A DNA stretch of 64,000 bases, taken from contig CM035351.1 in NCBI GenBank assembly GCA_020137815.1, positions 8,122,001-8,186,000 on the forward strand. The letters run 5' to 3'. Positions 61,986-64,000 of the stretch are shown one piece after another. The stretch comes from Hormiphora californensis. Lineage: Eukaryota; Animalia; Ctenophora. Under the pieces are notes generated by a model. It was given only the letters and a program-made list of their open reading frames with translations, did not search any database and was not told the DNA's origin. How positions within the stretch are numbered: position 1 is the stretch's first letter; each line of letters starts with the position of its first letter. The translations under genes were made by a program, and so were the position numbers.

Positions 61986-63595
61986 ATGGTTAGGAAACTC
62001 AAGTATCATGAGCAGAAGTTGCTGAAGAAAGTGGATCTGGTGGAGTGGAAGAAAGATAATAATCTCCGAGAAGCAAAGGTAACATATCACTCACTTCCTC
62101 TCCCCTTGTACTTAGTTAGTGATATACCTGATATAGCGGTAAAAAATAAAGGCTGCGGCTGCTTTGACAGGTTTCCACACGCATACCCTATTTTATCATG
62201 AAATCCCCAATCCCATTTCCCACTCCCATTTCACACTCCCATTTCCCACTCCCATTTCCCACTCTCATTTCCTTATCATTACTCTTTTTCTTCTTCCCAT
62301 AAACATTTAATATCATTGATTAATCCCCGTCAATCATCATAACGTCATATATCAGCTACTAATTCATCATAACGCCACATCACCTACTAATCCCCCCTAT
62401 TATGACGTCATATATTCCCTCCATCATGACGTCATCCTGCACGTGCAGGTGATGAGGAAGTACCACATCCAGCACCGGGAGGACTACACGAAGTACAATC
62501 GTCTGTGTGGCCACATCAAACACCTGGCAGCCCGGATACGGGATCTGGAGGGGAAGAGTGCCACTAGAGTGGCCAGCTCCACTTCTCTCTTGCAGAAGTT
62601 GTATAACATGGGTAGGTGGGGAAGAGAGGGAGGGTAATGATGGATGGGGAAGAGTGCCACTAGAGTGGCCAGCTCCACTTCTCTCTTGCAGAAGTTGTAT
62701 AACATGGGTAGGTGGGGAAGAGAGGGAGGGTGGGTAATACTGGAGGGGAAGAGTGCCACTAGAGTGGCCAGCTCCACTTCTCTCTTGCAGAAGTTGTATA
62801 ACATGGGTAGGTGGGGAAGAGAGGGAGGGTAATGATGGATGGGGAAGAGTGCCACTAGAGTGGCCAGCTCTACTTCTCTCTTGCAGAAGTTGTATAACAT
62901 GGGTAGGTGGGGAAGAGTGAGGGAGGGTAATGATGGATGGGGAAGAGTGCCACTAGAGTGGCCAGCTCTACTTCTCTCCTACAGAAGTTGTATAACATGG
63001 GTAGGTGGGGAAGAGAGATGGTGGGTAATGATGGAGGGATGAGAGGGGAAAGGAGGGAATTGTCTAGTTTTATGAACAATACAAGGAGGGGATAGTAAGG
63101 GTCACTGAAGATGTCGGATATAACACAATTCTCACCTCTTCTCACACCAGGTATACTACCCACGGCGCAGACACTGGCACAGTGTGAGAAGGTGACTGTA
63201 AGTGCGTTCTGCAGGAGACGGCTCCCGGTCATCCTTGTACGACTCCGCATGGCACAATCAGTAAGTAACTAACTGTAACCTACACATTCTCACACACCAC
63301 TGTGTCTAAGTAGTTAGTAGTTACCCCTAGTTCCACCAGTATACACATTATTACACTAAAATACCCCCGCATGTACCTTCAGTAAACACCCCCCCCCCCA
63401 CCCCAGGTAAAAGATGCGGTATCCTACGTAGAGCAGGGTCACATTAGGGTAGGACCCAACTTGGTGACCGACCCCTGCTATCTAGTTACAAGAAACATGG
63501 AGGACTTTATCACTTGGTCAGATGGCAGCAAGATCAAACGACATGTTATGCAGTATAATGATGAACTGGACGATTTCGATCTTCTAAACTGCTAG
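61986..63595 (+). CDS. IMP3: U3 snoRNP protein IMP3 (184 aa; exons 61986-62078, 62449-62611, 63151-63260, 63407-63595)
   Basis: [17 protein letters not shown]; [11 protein letters not shown]; KLYNMGI; [13 protein letters not shown]; EQGHIRVGP; [11 protein letters not shown]; DDFDL. All exon phases are compatible. Confidence 0.96.
62551..63037 (+). repeat. ~97-bp tandem repeat x5 spanning the IMP3 exon 2 / intron 2 junction
   Basis: GGGAAGAGTGCCACTAGAGTGG...AACATGG|GTAGGTGGGGAAGAG is repeated five times. Confidence 0.93.
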
Positions 63596-64000
63596 GGGAT
63601 ACTGAGGAGGGTTTTCATTTGGGGACCGAGAGAGGGATTGCAGGACTGGGAAATTGAAAATGTATGGTTTTGTGAAGCTAAGGGGAGTAATTTTACTGCT
63701 GAGTGGTTTTTTAGAGTGTTGTTTCGAAAGAGTGGAGAGAGAGAGCGTGGGAAAATGGGATGTGTGTGAGATCTTTTTTGGGAGTTAGGAGTGGGCTGAA
63801 CTTTTAAATATGACATGTATTAACTTATTAAACATCAGTTTTAAGAACAACCAAAACGTGCACTTATTTCATGTCTATACCTACGTGATACTAGTTACAT
63901 GCTGTACATAACATCTCATGAACTACCTAAATATCCTACAGATGGAACCAGATGATGAGATACCCGGTGAGGAAGAGGGTGGCTCTCTCTATAATACAGC

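Overview
Compact, intron-containing animal genomic DNA, probably a ctenophore. This is an inference from the aquatic-type sphingomyelinase D gene, the short introns and the splice acceptors in front of nearly every start codon. Left half: a multi-exon PPIP5K/VIP1 gene (minus, ~14050-38553). One of its introns (17704-30999) holds a ~13 kb antisense non-LTR retrotransposon inserted in a (GA)n tract. The element has one APE-RT-RNaseH-CCHC ORF behind a ~7.9 kb leader. The leader carries a >100-copy 46-bp array, three copies of an exon-like cassette, and splice signals that are phase-compatible with the ORF. An ORF-less deletion derivative of the same family (1-3051) is also followed by (GA)n. The left half also has a tetraspanin gene and several palindromic foldback/MITE elements. 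Right half: alpha-tubulin and a secreted SMase D/phospholipase D toxin homolog with four Cys-rich repeats. These are followed by ten tightly packed plus-strand genes: MPV17-like, TRMT112, CYB5D2, three BTB paralogs, GTF2H4, MAD2L2/REV7, LDHD and IMP3. Each has an AG acceptor 0-14 nt before its ATG, which suggests an SL-trans-spliced polycistronic unit. Several single-base frameshifts in conserved genes look like assembly indels.
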